Source: Octopus sinensis (lineage: Eukaryota). Taken from it: a stretch of 64,000 bases of DNA. Location: contig NC_043001.1 in assembly GCF_006345805.1 (NCBI RefSeq), positions 133,238,001 to 133,302,000 on the forward strand, written 5' to 3'. The notes below the pieces were generated by a model, which did no database searches, had not been told where the DNA came from, and saw only the letters and a program-made list of their open reading frames with translations. A program made the position numbers and the translations under genes. Each line of letters opens with the position of its first letter. Position 1 is the first letter of the stretch. Of the stretch, positions 25,204 to 37,243 are shown one piece after another.

Positions 25204-25988
25204 CTACCCTCATAGTGCATGTCTTGGCTTTATATTGTTTAGCATCATGCTACATCTGGATGTCAGTTCCCACTCCAACTCCTTCAAAGCAGCTTCCAAC
25301 ACTGCTGTAAGATAGAGGGATAACAGTGCTGGATCACTCTTGTTTAATTCCATTTGTCACCTCAATACTCACTTGAGGTATTGCTATTTTCTACTACAAA
25401 ATTCAATTGTGCAGGGACCTAACCAAGTTGGTGAACCTTCTTAAGGAACATGGCTGTCCTTGAAGGTTCAAAGTCTTGTGAATGAATTTGGTAGATGGAA
25501 GCTGAAAGAAACCTGTCGTGTGTGTGTGTTGTGCACATATGCTTGTGTTTTCTACCAGTGCTTGACAACCAATGCTGGTTTTTTTATGTCCAGTTGGTTC
25601 AGCAAAACAGACTGATAGAATAAGAACCAGGATTTAAAAAATATGTAATGGGGACGATTTGTTAGACTAAAACCCTTCAAGGTGGTGCCTCCAGTATGGT
25701 CACAATCCAATGACTGAAACAAGTAAAAGGTAAACGAGAGTGCCTTTGACAAATATAGGATCTAAGTTAGGGTGGAGCTGGCACCGAACACAAAAGTAAA
25801 AGCTTTGATTAAACAAAGTTAAGAACAATTGATTGAATACAATGATTTCGTTTCTAAAGTACTCTTTCAATTGAATTCTGGTATTTTCCTCTCCTAAAAA
25901 TTTAAACACAATCCTGCCTAGGCAGCCCAATTTACGACAGAAAACTGAATTTGGGTCATCACCGATTATTTAAAGTAAACACTACAAT

Positions 25989-26768
25989 ATGGCTGCCAAC
26001 ATCCAGTCGATGTGTCAATTCTGGAAAGATTTCGATTTAACCGAATTACAGAAGAATTTAGACACAACAGCTACAGTAATTGCTAACAGACAAGATGAAA
26101 GTGACGCTAGTCGTAAAAAACTTGTCGATTTGAGTCGAGATTTTAAAAAGAATACCCCGGAAGATATACGGAAGGTAGTCGCGCCTTTGTTGCGTAGTTT
26201 TCAAAGCGAAATTGATAATCTCTCTAAGAGGAGTAAATTCGGTGAAACTGCCTTTCTCTCGATCTATAGGAAACTTATTGACTTACCTGATCCCGTACCG
26301 ATACTAGAGCATGCCATCAGCATCCAGAAAAAAGCTCAAAAAGTCCAAGATTTTGAAATTGAAAACAAGCAACTTCGGGAAACACTGACGGATTACAACC
26401 ACGAATTTGCTGAGGTGAAAAATCAAGAAGTGACAATAAAACAACTGAGAGAGAAATTAAAAGAATATGAAGAGCGTATGGAAGCTACGGTGGAAATCAG
26501 GGTTAAGGAGAAAGAGAAAGAAATTCAGAAGACTTTTGCTGAAAAAGAACGCCAACTGCAAGAAACTCAGTTGGCCGTGGCTAAGAAACTTGGAGAAGCT
26601 GAACAAAAAGTGTCCATCCTTCGCAGTAACTTAGAGTCTGTCCAGTCAGAGTTGTTCGACGTTAAGGCCAAATACGACGAGGCAACGGCTGCAAAATCCG
26701 ATGAAACTGATATGCTTATGGCAGACCTGGAGAGGGCAAATGAAAGAGCAGTGGCGGTTGAACGACAG
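25989..26768 (+). CDS. CASP: Protein CASP (CUX1/Cut alternatively spliced product; COY1-family golgin) exon 1
   Basis: MAANIQSMCQFWKDFDLTELQKNLDTTATVIANRQDESDASRKKL...DLERANERAVAVERQ is the CUX1/CASP shared N-terminal coiled coil. Donor CAG|GTTAGT at 26769, phase 0, 260 codons. Confidence 0.95.
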
Positions 26769-28450
26769 GTTAGTAGTATATTATTAGGGCGATCTTTCGT
26801 CTCTAGCGAAATCTCTTTCTTTCTTTCACACATTACTCTGTCTCTTCACACACACTAACAGAAGCACTTCACTTAAACAACATACTGTCTGTCTCCCACA
26901 CCCCATCAAACACACACACACATGTACATCAATGCTTCACATGCACGGTAACTTCAAAAGAACTTCCCTCGTCATACAATCGCTTTCTCTTAGTCTCTTT
27001 CGCTCTCATTACTTCAAAAGTTCCCGCAAGCCCATATGTAAAAATAAAATATTTTTTTACGGAAATCGACGGAAAGGTCTACTAGAGACGAAAGATTGCC
27101 TATTATTAGATTGACACGTATACACCAAAGTGTCTCTATTTTCCCTTTATTTGATAACGCATCCGGACATAAGATACGTTTGTTTATTATTACATGTCAC
27201 AACATCACATGTATACCCGCGCACAAAGACGCGAAGAGAATAATAATCGTAAAAGCAATATACAGAAAGGTTACAGGTGAACAGCCTTGATTACAGGTGA
27301 ACAGCCTTCCAGAGCTGTTAGCGCTGATCGAGCAGACATCATTATTGTCATCGGGTTCCACAACTGTAATCATTCGGACCTTTTCTCAGACACTACAGTT
27401 TCGGATTAATGTGTCCTTTTCTAAAACTGTTGAGTGTTATTTGAGCGGATTAAAGCACCTTTGTTGGTTCACATGTTTCTGTATAGATCCTGGTGAACCA
27501 GAAAAAAAACCTACTAGGCGTGTATTGTTTTTTGTAAATAAAGAGTGGGGCTGATTTAGTAATGGGAAAAGGGTAATGTGCTGTAGCTTTCGTAGTGTAC
27601 ACCTAACAGAAACTGTCGATTATCATCGTAATCATCATTCCTATAGGTATTTAAATGAACGGTGATGGTCTTTGCGGTATTATATAAACTGATGAAAAGG
27701 CGTAAATAAAGTCGAACAATTTAATGTGAGAAATATAAATAAATGTGGCCAGTAAAGAACAACAGGAAAATATAATGTCCAAACGGGGAGGCATTTCAAA
27801 TAGGTAAACAAATATTGGCATGGCAGGTAAAAATCTCCATTCAAAGTAAAGGATGTTAGAAGCAAAAGATTGAAAATCTGTTGGACTCAATGTGATAAAG
27901 ATTTCAATTTCATGAGTGTACGCATACAATGAACGACGTTATATGGCCCAGGGTGGTTGATGCATTTTTTACTATTCCTTTGGTACCATGGAAATATTTT
28001 GTTGTTGACGTGGAGCGGGGGTCATCGAAGAGATGTCTGATATATTGTTTCAGCCGTTCGACTTGGGTCGGATTTTGTGGCACAGTTCCCGGATTAGGGG
28101 TATTCATTTTTTTAATGTAACCCCTAAGGGTAATTCCGAATACTAGTTCTGTGGTTGTACAACACAAGTAGGCCTTTATTGTTGCACGCACATAGAGCAA
28201 TAGGGATCAGTTTATGCCAGTGGTTAGCATTATGATTTGTGAACGAATGAAATGTCAAGGAAGAAATCAGTGACAAACTTAATCACAAAACTTTTAATGA
28301 CGTAATCACAATTAATTTGGCCAGGCGGTGCAAAGCATGTAGTTAAGGCATTATTGATAGTATCAAATCACACGAATGCACTTTTTTTTTTTATCACTGT
28401 GATATGTTTTTGTTATTATTTTATACTTTATAATTGTTAAGAAAACTTGT

Positions 28451-30530
28451 GGATCTTTTCCAATTTTTAAACAACGTTAAACTTAGAAATTACAATTCCG
28501 TTTTCATTTTGGTTAATATAGGGCGTAACAAATATCAGAAAATCAAAAAAAAAATGTGTGTAATAGGTGTAAAACAACTTCCTATGAACGAATATGAAAA
28601 AAAAAATTCGCGCACGCGAAAGGGAAGTGGGGGATAGGCCTCGGAAAATTCACATTCGGGAAGTTCCGAAAGCGTCTGAGGGGCTGACCCGGGCACCAAA
28701 ACAAAAAAAAAATAGTGTAATATGTGTAAAACAACTTGCTCTAAACGAATATGAAAAAAAAATGCGCTCTCGAGAAAGAGGGGTGGGGGAGAGGCCTCGG
28801 AATATTTATATCGGGAATTTCCGAAAGCGTCTGAACCGGGCACAAAAACAAAAACAAAAACAGCGTAATAGGTGTAAAACAACTTGCTCTAAACGACTAT
28901 CATGAAAAAATGCGCGCTCGCGAAAGGGGGGTGGGGGAGAGGCTTCGGAAATTTCACATCTTCAGTCCACGGCCTTTAAACTAAGAAAAAATAGTGTAAT
29001 TGGTGTAAAACTACTTGTTCTAAACGAGTATCAAGAACACACACTCACACATGAATCATAAACTCCGTATTTCGCAAAAAAAAAAAAATAAAGAGAAGAA
29101 ATTCTGGAAAAAGTGAAGAAATGTTGGATCTCCGCCATGTGAATCAAAATACGTGTCAGAAACATCTTGAAATACTACAGAAATTATGTTACGAAAATGA
29201 TAATGTATACATACCTCTTTGAGTGGTCTATCGATAATGATGATAAAGAAATGAGTTGGATTTGAACTCAGAATATTGACTAACACAACTACATACTACA
29301 AGACTCAAAATATTCAGCCAAGTCACCACCCTTTAACTAGCAATAATAATAACATCAATAACATAACAGCCAAAAGATTTATTTGTTCTGAAAATAACAA
29401 TCATAGTAAATAAATATGTTCTTTAATATTCACATTCATGTGCACAGTTAAACACACTTACATACAAACAGTCACGCATGCATAATACAGAACGGAACAC
29501 ATAAATGAAGGATGCATTACTTAGTATATATTACATCTAGAGAATTTTGATTAATAAGTCAAATATGCAAATTATAAAGATAATTAATTGCTTTACTAAA
29601 CAGTGTTGTAAAGGTGAAAAAATAAATTTGGGAAAAAAATACACGCCAAAACTAATTAATAAAGGATAATTAGGGAAGGATTGACACAAAATAATAATTT
29701 TTTCTGTCTCTTTTTTTCTGATAAATGCATCTTAATAAGTGAGAAGAATTGCATATATCTGAACTATTTCAAAGAAAAGCATAAATTTAATGTTTAAAAT
29801 AGCTTTAACCAAGGAATGAGATCCAACATTTCTTCACTTTTTCCAGAATTTCTTCTCTTTATTTTTTTTTTTTTGCGAAATACGGAGTTTATGATTCATG
29901 TGTGAGTGTGTGTTCTTGATACTCGTTTAGAACAAGTAGTTTTACACCAATTACACTATTTTTTCTTAGTTTAAAGGCCGTGGACTGAAGATGTGAAATT
30001 TCCGAAGCCTCTCCCCCACCCCCCTTTCGCGAGCGCGCATTTTTTTCATGATAGTCGTTTAGAGCAAGTTGTTTTACACCTATTACGCTGTTTTTGTTTT
30101 TGTTTTTGTGCCCGGTTCAGACGCTTTCGGAAATTCCCGATATAAATATTCCGTGGTCTCTCCCCCACCCCTCTTTCTCGAGAGCGCATTTTTTTTTCAT
30201 ATTCGTTTAGAGCAAGTTGTTTTACACATATTACACTATTTTTTTTTTGTTTTGGTGCCCGGGTCAGCCCCTCAGACGCTTTCGGAACTTCCCGATGTGA
30301 ATTTTCCGAGGCCTCTCCCCCACCCCCCTTTCGCGTGCGCGAATTTTTTTTTTCATATTCGTTCATAGGAAGTTGTTTTACACCTATTACACACATTTTT
30401 TTGATTTTCTGATATTTGTTACGCCCTATATTAACCCAATTATGTTTTCTTTTGACACATTCTACCAGTATACGAAGTTTCAAATTGTTTAGTTAACTAG
30501 GAAAATCTGGCTTTCAAAAGGAAAAGATCC
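28451..30530. mobile_element. Foldback-type non-autonomous DNA transposon with GGATCTTTTC termini and about 620-bp internal inverted arms
   Basis: GGATCTTTTC at 28451 and GAAAAGATCC at 30521-30530. Near-identical inverted arms 28511-29132 and 29818-30436 are built of 130-160 bp subrepeats. Flanked by cttgt on both sides. Confidence 0.8.
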
Positions 30531-31230
30531 CTTGTCTTGATAAACTGTTATTTATTTAATGTTGAATGGAAGCAAAGGTCCTATATTGTTTAGGGACGAG
30601 CGAAGGGAAAAAACTGTTCCAGTTAGCATTTCTCGAGGATATTAAAATTGCTTACATATAGTTTAACCGTGTTTATGTTTGAAAAACATTGCAGCTTCGA
30701 TCATTCCATTAATAGGACTATATTCTCTTCTTTTCTTAAGACAGTCAAATCTAATTTGATGAAGATTTTGATGCTATTTTTAGTAGGTCAAGCGGCCATG
30801 TAGAGCTCCGTCTGCTATTGATAGGAAACCGATGTTAGAGTCAATACTACTATAAGCAGAAATACAACAGCCACCTGAAAGTGGTGTTTCCTAGACGATC
30901 CTTGTGTGTGTTTACGTCCCCTGTAACTTTGCGCTTCGGCAAAAGACTCTGATAGAATAAGTACTTGGCTTACAAAGAATAAGTCCTGGGGTCGACTTGT
31001 TCAACTAAAGGCGGTGCTCCAGCATGGCCACAGTTAAATGACTAAAACAAATAAAAAAAAAATAAAAGAATGTAAACAAACACTGAAATTATTACAGGCA
31101 TGGGTGGATGGTTAAGAAGTTTACCTGTTTCAAATTCACTCCCACTATACAACATCCTGGGCGAGTGTCTTCTGCTATAGCTCCAGGCTGACAAAATCTT
31201 TGTGAGTGAATTTGGTTGTTGGAAACCTAA

Positions 31231-31444
31231 CCCTTTTGTTACTGTAGTTATTTTGAGATGCTCTGTGTTTCTTTCAATTACTTTAAATATGATAAAGAAT
31301 TTAGTAAAATAACTTAGTTATCCTTAAGCTAGTGTTAGGAACATAAATTGCGACTAAGGTTTGGTGGAAGATTTTAATTCAAAACTTATGGAAACAAGAC
31401 ATTTGTACTCAGAGCCAGTTTCAGCCGGGTTGGTATTGAAAGGG
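31231..31444. mobile_element. piggyBac-type MITE; intact relative of the copy interrupted at 19654
   Basis: CTAA|CCCTTT...AAAGGG|TTAA. Its reverse complement matches 19540-19653 joined to 21135 onward. Confidence 0.75.
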
Positions 31445-31459
31445 TTAAAGAAGTCAGTT

Positions 31460-32900
31460 GCATCATCATCATCATCATAATCATCATTTAGCATCTGTTT
31501 TCCATGCTGGCATGGGTTAGATGGCTTGACTGGAACTGGTAAGCCAGAGAGCTGCACCAGGCTCCAGTTTTTGTTTTGACTTGGTTTCTACAGCTGGATG
31601 CTCTTCCTAACACCAACCACTTCACAGAGTGTACCAGTTGCCTTTAACTTGTCACCAGCGTGGGTGCTTTCAATGTGGTACTGGCAAGAGTACTTTTTAC
31701 GTGTCACCGGCACTAGCCGCGACTATGATTCCACTAAGCTTGATGTGTCTTCTCAAGCACAACAAATCACCAACAATCTCGGTCACTTGTCATCGCCTCT
31801 GTGAGACTCAACATCTGAAGATGGTATTTCACCACCTCATCCCACATCTTCCTGGGTCTACCTCTTTCACAGGTTCCCTCCACAGTTAGATATTGACATT
31901 TCTTTATGCAGCTGTTCTTGTCCTTACACATCACATGGCCATACCAGCATAGTCTTCTCTCTTGCACACCACATATGATGCCTCTTGGACCCAATTTTTT
32001 TCTTAAGGTATTCACACTCTGTCATATGCGCACACTGATATTGTACATTCAGTGGAATATATTGGGTTGTCCGGAAAGTTCGTGTCGATTTTTAAAGGAA
32101 AGAAAAAGGTTAATAAATACTTGCCATTACATTTTTAATCAACCAAATATGAACCATTTTGTTGCACAATGTGTCTCCATCTTTCCTTTAACTTGAAAAT
32201 ACCCTCTTCCTAGAATTGAGGTGGTTTCATGGCAAAGAATTCATCAAGGTATCTTTTTACGTCATCCAAGGAATTGAAATTTTTACCATTAAGACTATTC
32301 TGCAGAGACCTGAATAAGTAGAAATCCGAAGGAGCCATATCTGGTGAATATGGAGGGTGGGGTAACACATCCCAGCTGAGCTGCAGCAATTTTTGTCTGG
32401 TTCCCAAAGCATCAAGTGCCGAAAATGAACTTTCTTATCTTCCATTTTAGAGGGTTCAGAATTAACACAGGTTATAGGAACATAAACCTTCTTCCACGAA
32501 AAGATAGCTTAAACTGTGCTCTAAATGGAGGTGTAGTCATATCCTATTTTATGGACTCAACCATGTTCTAAAATAAGTCAAAAGTTAAGCTACTATAAAT
32601 CGACACGACCTTTCCAGACAACCCAATACTAGCTTCATTTCTTTCAAGCCTTTGCATGTCCTCTGCAGTCACAGCCCATGTTTCACTGCTATGTAGCATT
32701 GCTGTTTGCACATGGGCATCATATAATCTGCCATTTAAAGGGAGAGGCCCTTTGTTACCAACAAAGGTAGCAGTTCCCTTAACTTTACCCAGTCTGCTCT
32801 TAGAGTATCCACCTCCACTGCTGATTTGCTCACCTAGGTAATGGAAGCTATCTACTACTTTTAGATATGCCCCTGGGCATTTGATGAAGTCTATTCTTTT
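31460..32900 (-). mobile_element. RTE-clade LINE 3' fragment with (GAT)n tail; host of the mariner
   Basis: VVDSFHYLGE...SETWAVTAEDMQRLERNEAS...RRLCWYGHVM...GRPRKMWDEVV. Confidence 0.85.
32062..32626 (-). mobile_element. Internally deleted mariner element inserted in an RTE fragment
   Basis: TA TSD. TIRs TTGGGTTGTCCGGAAAGTTCGTGTCGATTT / AAATCGACACGACCTTTCCAGACAACCCAA. N-terminus MEDKKVHFRHLMLWE is fused to the C-terminal HPPYSPDMAPSDFYLFRSL. Confidence 0.92.
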
Positions 32901-32923
32901 TATGTGCAACCAAAAGAATACCC

Positions 32924-33415
32924 TCCATCAGGCATTTGCCATATCCTGAACGCCTTACTTCCCTGGGCATGGACACATTGAAACTCCGACGTCTGGCAGC
33001 TGACTTGGCAGACACCCATAAAATTATCAACCATCTTACAAACAATAACTCTGAGCACCTTTTCAAACTCCACCCATCTAACACCCGTGGACATATTTAC
33101 AAAGTCAGAAAACAGCACAGCTCCCATGACTTCAGGAAACATATTTTCACGCTGAGAGTTGCTGAAGCATGGAACAAACTGCCGGCATCAGTTGTTAGTT
33201 GTCGGAGCACTGCATCCTTCAAAACTTCCATGCTTTCTGAGATTCGCCAACACTACACCTGATTTCCTCCCCTCCATACACACACAAGCATGTATCTGAC
33301 TCATACATTGTTCACTTTCCAGGCATTTTTACATTACTGCATGTACTTTATATGCACTTTCTGACAAGTTGTGGTGCACCTGAGCACTGTATACAATAAT
33401 TTCATTATTATTATA
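32924..33415 (+). mobile_element. CR1 3' fragment, second family
   Basis: PYPERLTSLGMDTLKLRRL...FTLRVAEAWNKLP; (ATT)n tail. Shorter copies at about 9105-9435 (+), 16190-16495 (+), 22788-23051 (+), 47838-48135 (-) and 56005-56162 (+). Confidence 0.9.
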
Positions 33416-33599
33416 TTACATTCTTAATATTGATTGTGCAAATACACCTGTCATACGCAAAGATTATTTCCTCTGTTATCCCTCCTCTGATACTGCTGCA
33501 CCCTACACCCTACATCTTTGCTACATATCGAGTAGGGCTGTCTCCTTGAAGGGATTTGTGACTTGTCTTTTTTCTTACTTTCTAAGACTTTGATCTTTG

Positions 33600-33870
33600 C
33601 TAAATTAATTGTAAGATCCAGTAACAGATGCCATATACAGAGATGTTTCTAATAGGGTAAAGCTGAAAAAGAGGTAATTTCTACTCTTCTCCTCTGGAAG
33701 CCATCTACTCGCAATACCAGAGGGGACACACTCTCCTACCCTGATGTAATCTCCAGGGATACAGGCATCCAGCAACAGGACCTCCGTAATGCCATGATGG
33801 ACCGTGAAGTCTGGCGTAGCATGGTAAATTCCATTGTCTCGACCACGGTCGAACAATGATGAATGATGAA
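33600..33870 (+). mobile_element. 3' end of a second RTE-like family
   Basis: TLSYPDVISRDTGIQQQDLRNAMMDREVWRSMVNSIVSTTVEQ* plus a gatgaatgatga tail. An inverted copy at about 12636-12965 has an internal 29-bp duplication. Confidence 0.7.
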
Positions 33871-35500
33871 AGGTTGGCAACGAGTATAACAATGAATTCA
33901 GTGTACAGGCAGGAGTTCACCAAGGATCAGTTCTCAACTCAACTCTTGTTTATCTTAGTCCTCTAGACCTTAACAGAGGAATTCAAGATTGGTTCTTCCT
34001 GGGAGCTCCTCTACACTGATGACTTTGTTCTTATAGCTGAATCACTACCTGACCTAGAGAAGAAATTTCAGGTGTGGAAGCAAGGCCCGGAATCTAAGGA
34101 TCTTAGAATTAATTTAGCAAAAACCAAGGTCCTAGTAAGTAGGAAAACAGACAAATCACAAGTCCCTTGTGAGAGATGGCCCTGTTTGATGTGTAAGAAG
34201 AGTGTTGGTAGAAAGGCCATACATTGTACCCAGTGCAAGCTTTGGACACATAAGAGGTGTAGCAGTACCACAGGAAAGTTAATGGAGAAAATAGTGTTTG
34301 TGTATGGCAAATGTGTGGTACAATAAGCACTAAAAATGCACAGGAGTGGCTGTGTGGTAAGTAGCTTGCTAACCAACCACATGGTTCCGGGTTCAGTCCC
34401 ACTGCGTGGAATCTTGGGCAAGTGTCTTCTGCTATAGCCCCGGGCCGACCAATGCCTTGTGAGTGGATTTGGTAGACGGAAACTGAAAAGAAGCCTGTCG
34501 TATATATGTATATATATGTATGTGTGTGTGTTTGTGTGTCTGTCTTTGTTCCCCTAGCATTGCTTGACAACCAATGCTGATGTGTTTACGTCCCCGTCAA
34601 TTAGCGGTTCGGCAAAAAGACCGATAGAATAAGTACTGGGCTTACAAAAAGAATAAGTCCCGGGGTCGAGCTGCTCGACTAAAGGCGGTGCTCCAGCATG
34701 GCCGCAGTCAAATGACTGAAACAAGTAAAAGAGTAAAGAGTAAAAGAGACTCCTTCAAATGCTTTGTGGGGGAATCATTAGAAGTAGTAGATAGCTTCTG
34801 TTACCTAGGCAACCAAGTTTGCAGTGGAGGTGGGAGTTCTGAAAGTGCAGTTGCTAGAATAAGAATGGGCTGGGCAAAGTTCAGAGAGCTTCTACCTTTG
34901 TTGGTAACTAAGGGCCCCTCCCTCTGAGCGAAGGACAGATTGTATGATGCCTGTGTACATACAGCTATGCTACATGACAGTGAAACATGGGCTTGTGAAG
35001 GTTTGAAAGGAACGAAGCTAGCATGCTCCACTAGATGGGTAACATTAGTGTGCACACATGACAGTGTAAATGACTTAGAGGAAAACTGAGTATTAGAGGC
35101 ATCAAATGTTGGGTGCAAGAGAGGAGATTGTGCTGGTTTGGTCATGGGATGTATGGACGAAGACAACTGCATGAAGAAGTGCTGAGTTCTAACTATGAAG
35201 AGAACCTGTGGAACGGGTAGACCCAAGAAGATGTGGGACAAAGTGGTGAGGACGGATCTTCAGATGCTGGGGAAATAACAAGGGACCAGGAGTTGTGGCA
35301 ATTTGTTGTACTTGGAGAAGACACATCAAGCTGAGTAAAATCACTGTCATTCATCAATGCTGATGTGACCTTTACGGGTGCCAGTGCCACTTAAAATGCA
35401 CTCAGGCTAGTGCCGCGTAAACATACCCATGCCAGTGGAACGTGAATTGCACTCAGCACACTTTGTAAAGTGGTTGGCATTAGGAAGGGCATCCAGCCAT
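33870..35500 (+). mobile_element. RTE-clade LINE 3' fragment (RT C-terminal half), interrupted by a SINE
   Basis: GVHQGS...DFVLIAES...RINLAKTKVL, a Cys/His module, then EVVDSFCYLG...ARIRMGWAKFRELLPLL...GRPKKMWD, with stops and frameshifts. Confidence 0.9.
34338..34748 (+). mobile_element. SINE family B inserted in an RTE ORF
   Basis: The RTE reading frame resumes after the tail (RDSFKC). Confidence 0.88.
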
Positions 35501-36736
35501 AGAAACCATGCCACAACAGGCAACTGGAGTCTGGACAGATCCCTGGCTGGCCATTTCCTGTCAAACCACCCAGCCCACTTCTCTATGCAACTGTCCTCAT
35601 CCGTCCACATCGCATGGCCAAACTAGTGTAGTGGGGAAAGTAATTTTGGTAGTCAGAGAGTATGATAGGATTAGATTAAGTTACCAGCGAGTCAACAGCA
35701 ACAGTTATCTCTGCATGTCAGAAGAACCACTTCTGTGGACCTCTTCCGAAGACTACTTCCGTGATGATCAACAATGGCTTCATTATCGTGGTGGCAGTTT
35801 CATGTTGGCCAACATATTGATGGCTTCCATGACAAACATAGATATGGATCAAGAAATTAGGAGGATGTATAAAAATAATACTCTTTACTCTTTTACTCTT
35901 TTACTTGTTTCAGTCATTTGACTGTGGCCATGCTGGAGCACCACCTTTAGTCGAGCAACTCGACCCCGGGACTTATGGTAAAAGAGTACAGCAGGGATCA
36001 CCACCCCCTGCCGGAGCCTCGTCAAGCTTTTTTAGGTGTTTTCGCTCAATAAACACTCACAACGCCCGGTCTGGGAATTGAAACCGCGATCCTGCGACCG
36101 CGAGTCCGCTGCCCTAACCACTAGGCCATTGCGCCTCCACACTTCTCCAATACTTCTTTCCATTAAAAAAAATATTCCATTGTTCATGGCTTAAATTCTT
36201 TCCGTTCAATTTCATAATTCACAATGTTTCACAAGTGAGTTTTCTTGACAGCTAACAATGTCCCCCTATTTCTCCATCTCCCTTTGTAGGTTACAGCTGT
36301 TTGGTCCAGGATTGCTTATTCAAACAGCCAGATCTTGCTTATCTCACAACTAACTGTTGTGTCTGGTGGCCAGGCTAAACCAACTGGCAGGAAACTCAGG
36401 GTTAAACTGCAGCCAAGATGGTTGAATAGGATTCATGAGCTTGGTTGGTCTCACTCACTCGGGATATCCAGCTGGATCAATTAGAGACAGTTGTTTCTGA
36501 CAGGACCTAGGGGAAGGTGTACTTGAGAACTCTGCCTCCCCCCTCCCATGACCCTCCCAAGAATAAGTGGGCAAAGATGAGACGATAGTGTTTCATGTAC
36601 ACTTTCCCTAAAGTAACAGAAAAGATAACATAGCTTGATCACAGCAAGGATGTGGCAGACTTGAGTAAAACTTCCCTTACCAGGTAGTCTTTTTTGTTTT
36701 AGGAAAAGCTGAGAACGTGTAATTTTTCTTGTGAAA

Positions 36737-37137
36737 TCTTTATATATAAAAGTGAAGTTGTGTGTCTGTCTCCTACGATTTAGATTCCTAACTACTCCCA
36801 CATTTTGCGGTGCAGCTTAACCAAAACCGGGTATCTTATAGTCGTGATTCATATCGAGCCCTTCTGGGTATTAGCGCACGTCTACAATGAGTCTACGATT
36901 TTAAAAATAATTTACCATAATTTTTTTCCATTTTAATGCATTTTTTCGCTATTAAAAAAAGGGAAGTAACTCTCTAAAAATGTCTACGATGAATCAACGA
37001 TTTAAAAAAAATTTACCATAATTTTTTTTTCCATTTTTAATGCATTTTTTTTTGCTATTTTTTGGCTATAACTCTCTAAAAATGCTTATATAGTTATTTC
37101 CCTTACAAACCCGAGCAACGCCGGGCGATACTGCTAG
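36737..37137 (+). mobile_element. Non-autonomous Helitron (about 400 bp)
   Basis: A|TCTTTATATATAAAAG...CCCGAGCAACGCCGGG hairpin...CTGCTAG|T. Canonical TC/CTAG ends in an AT target with no TSD. Confidence 0.85.
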
Positions 37138-37243
37138 TAATCTATATAAGTAAGATAGAAAAACCAACTGTTTCAATTGTTATATGAATTATTTATTATA
37201 TTACTTTTTTTTTTTCATTTGATTTTTTTTTGCTTATTTACAG

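Noticed and set aside
26769-26858. C-terminal tail of ORF 25989-26858, and likewise the tail of 37259-38284 and the head of 42176-42721
   Set aside because: Read-through into introns beyond consensus splice sites.
28594-30483. Mirror ORFs 28594-28905 (+) and 30046-30483 (-) as a gene pair
   Set aside because: They are the two arms of the foldback; low complexity, no domain.
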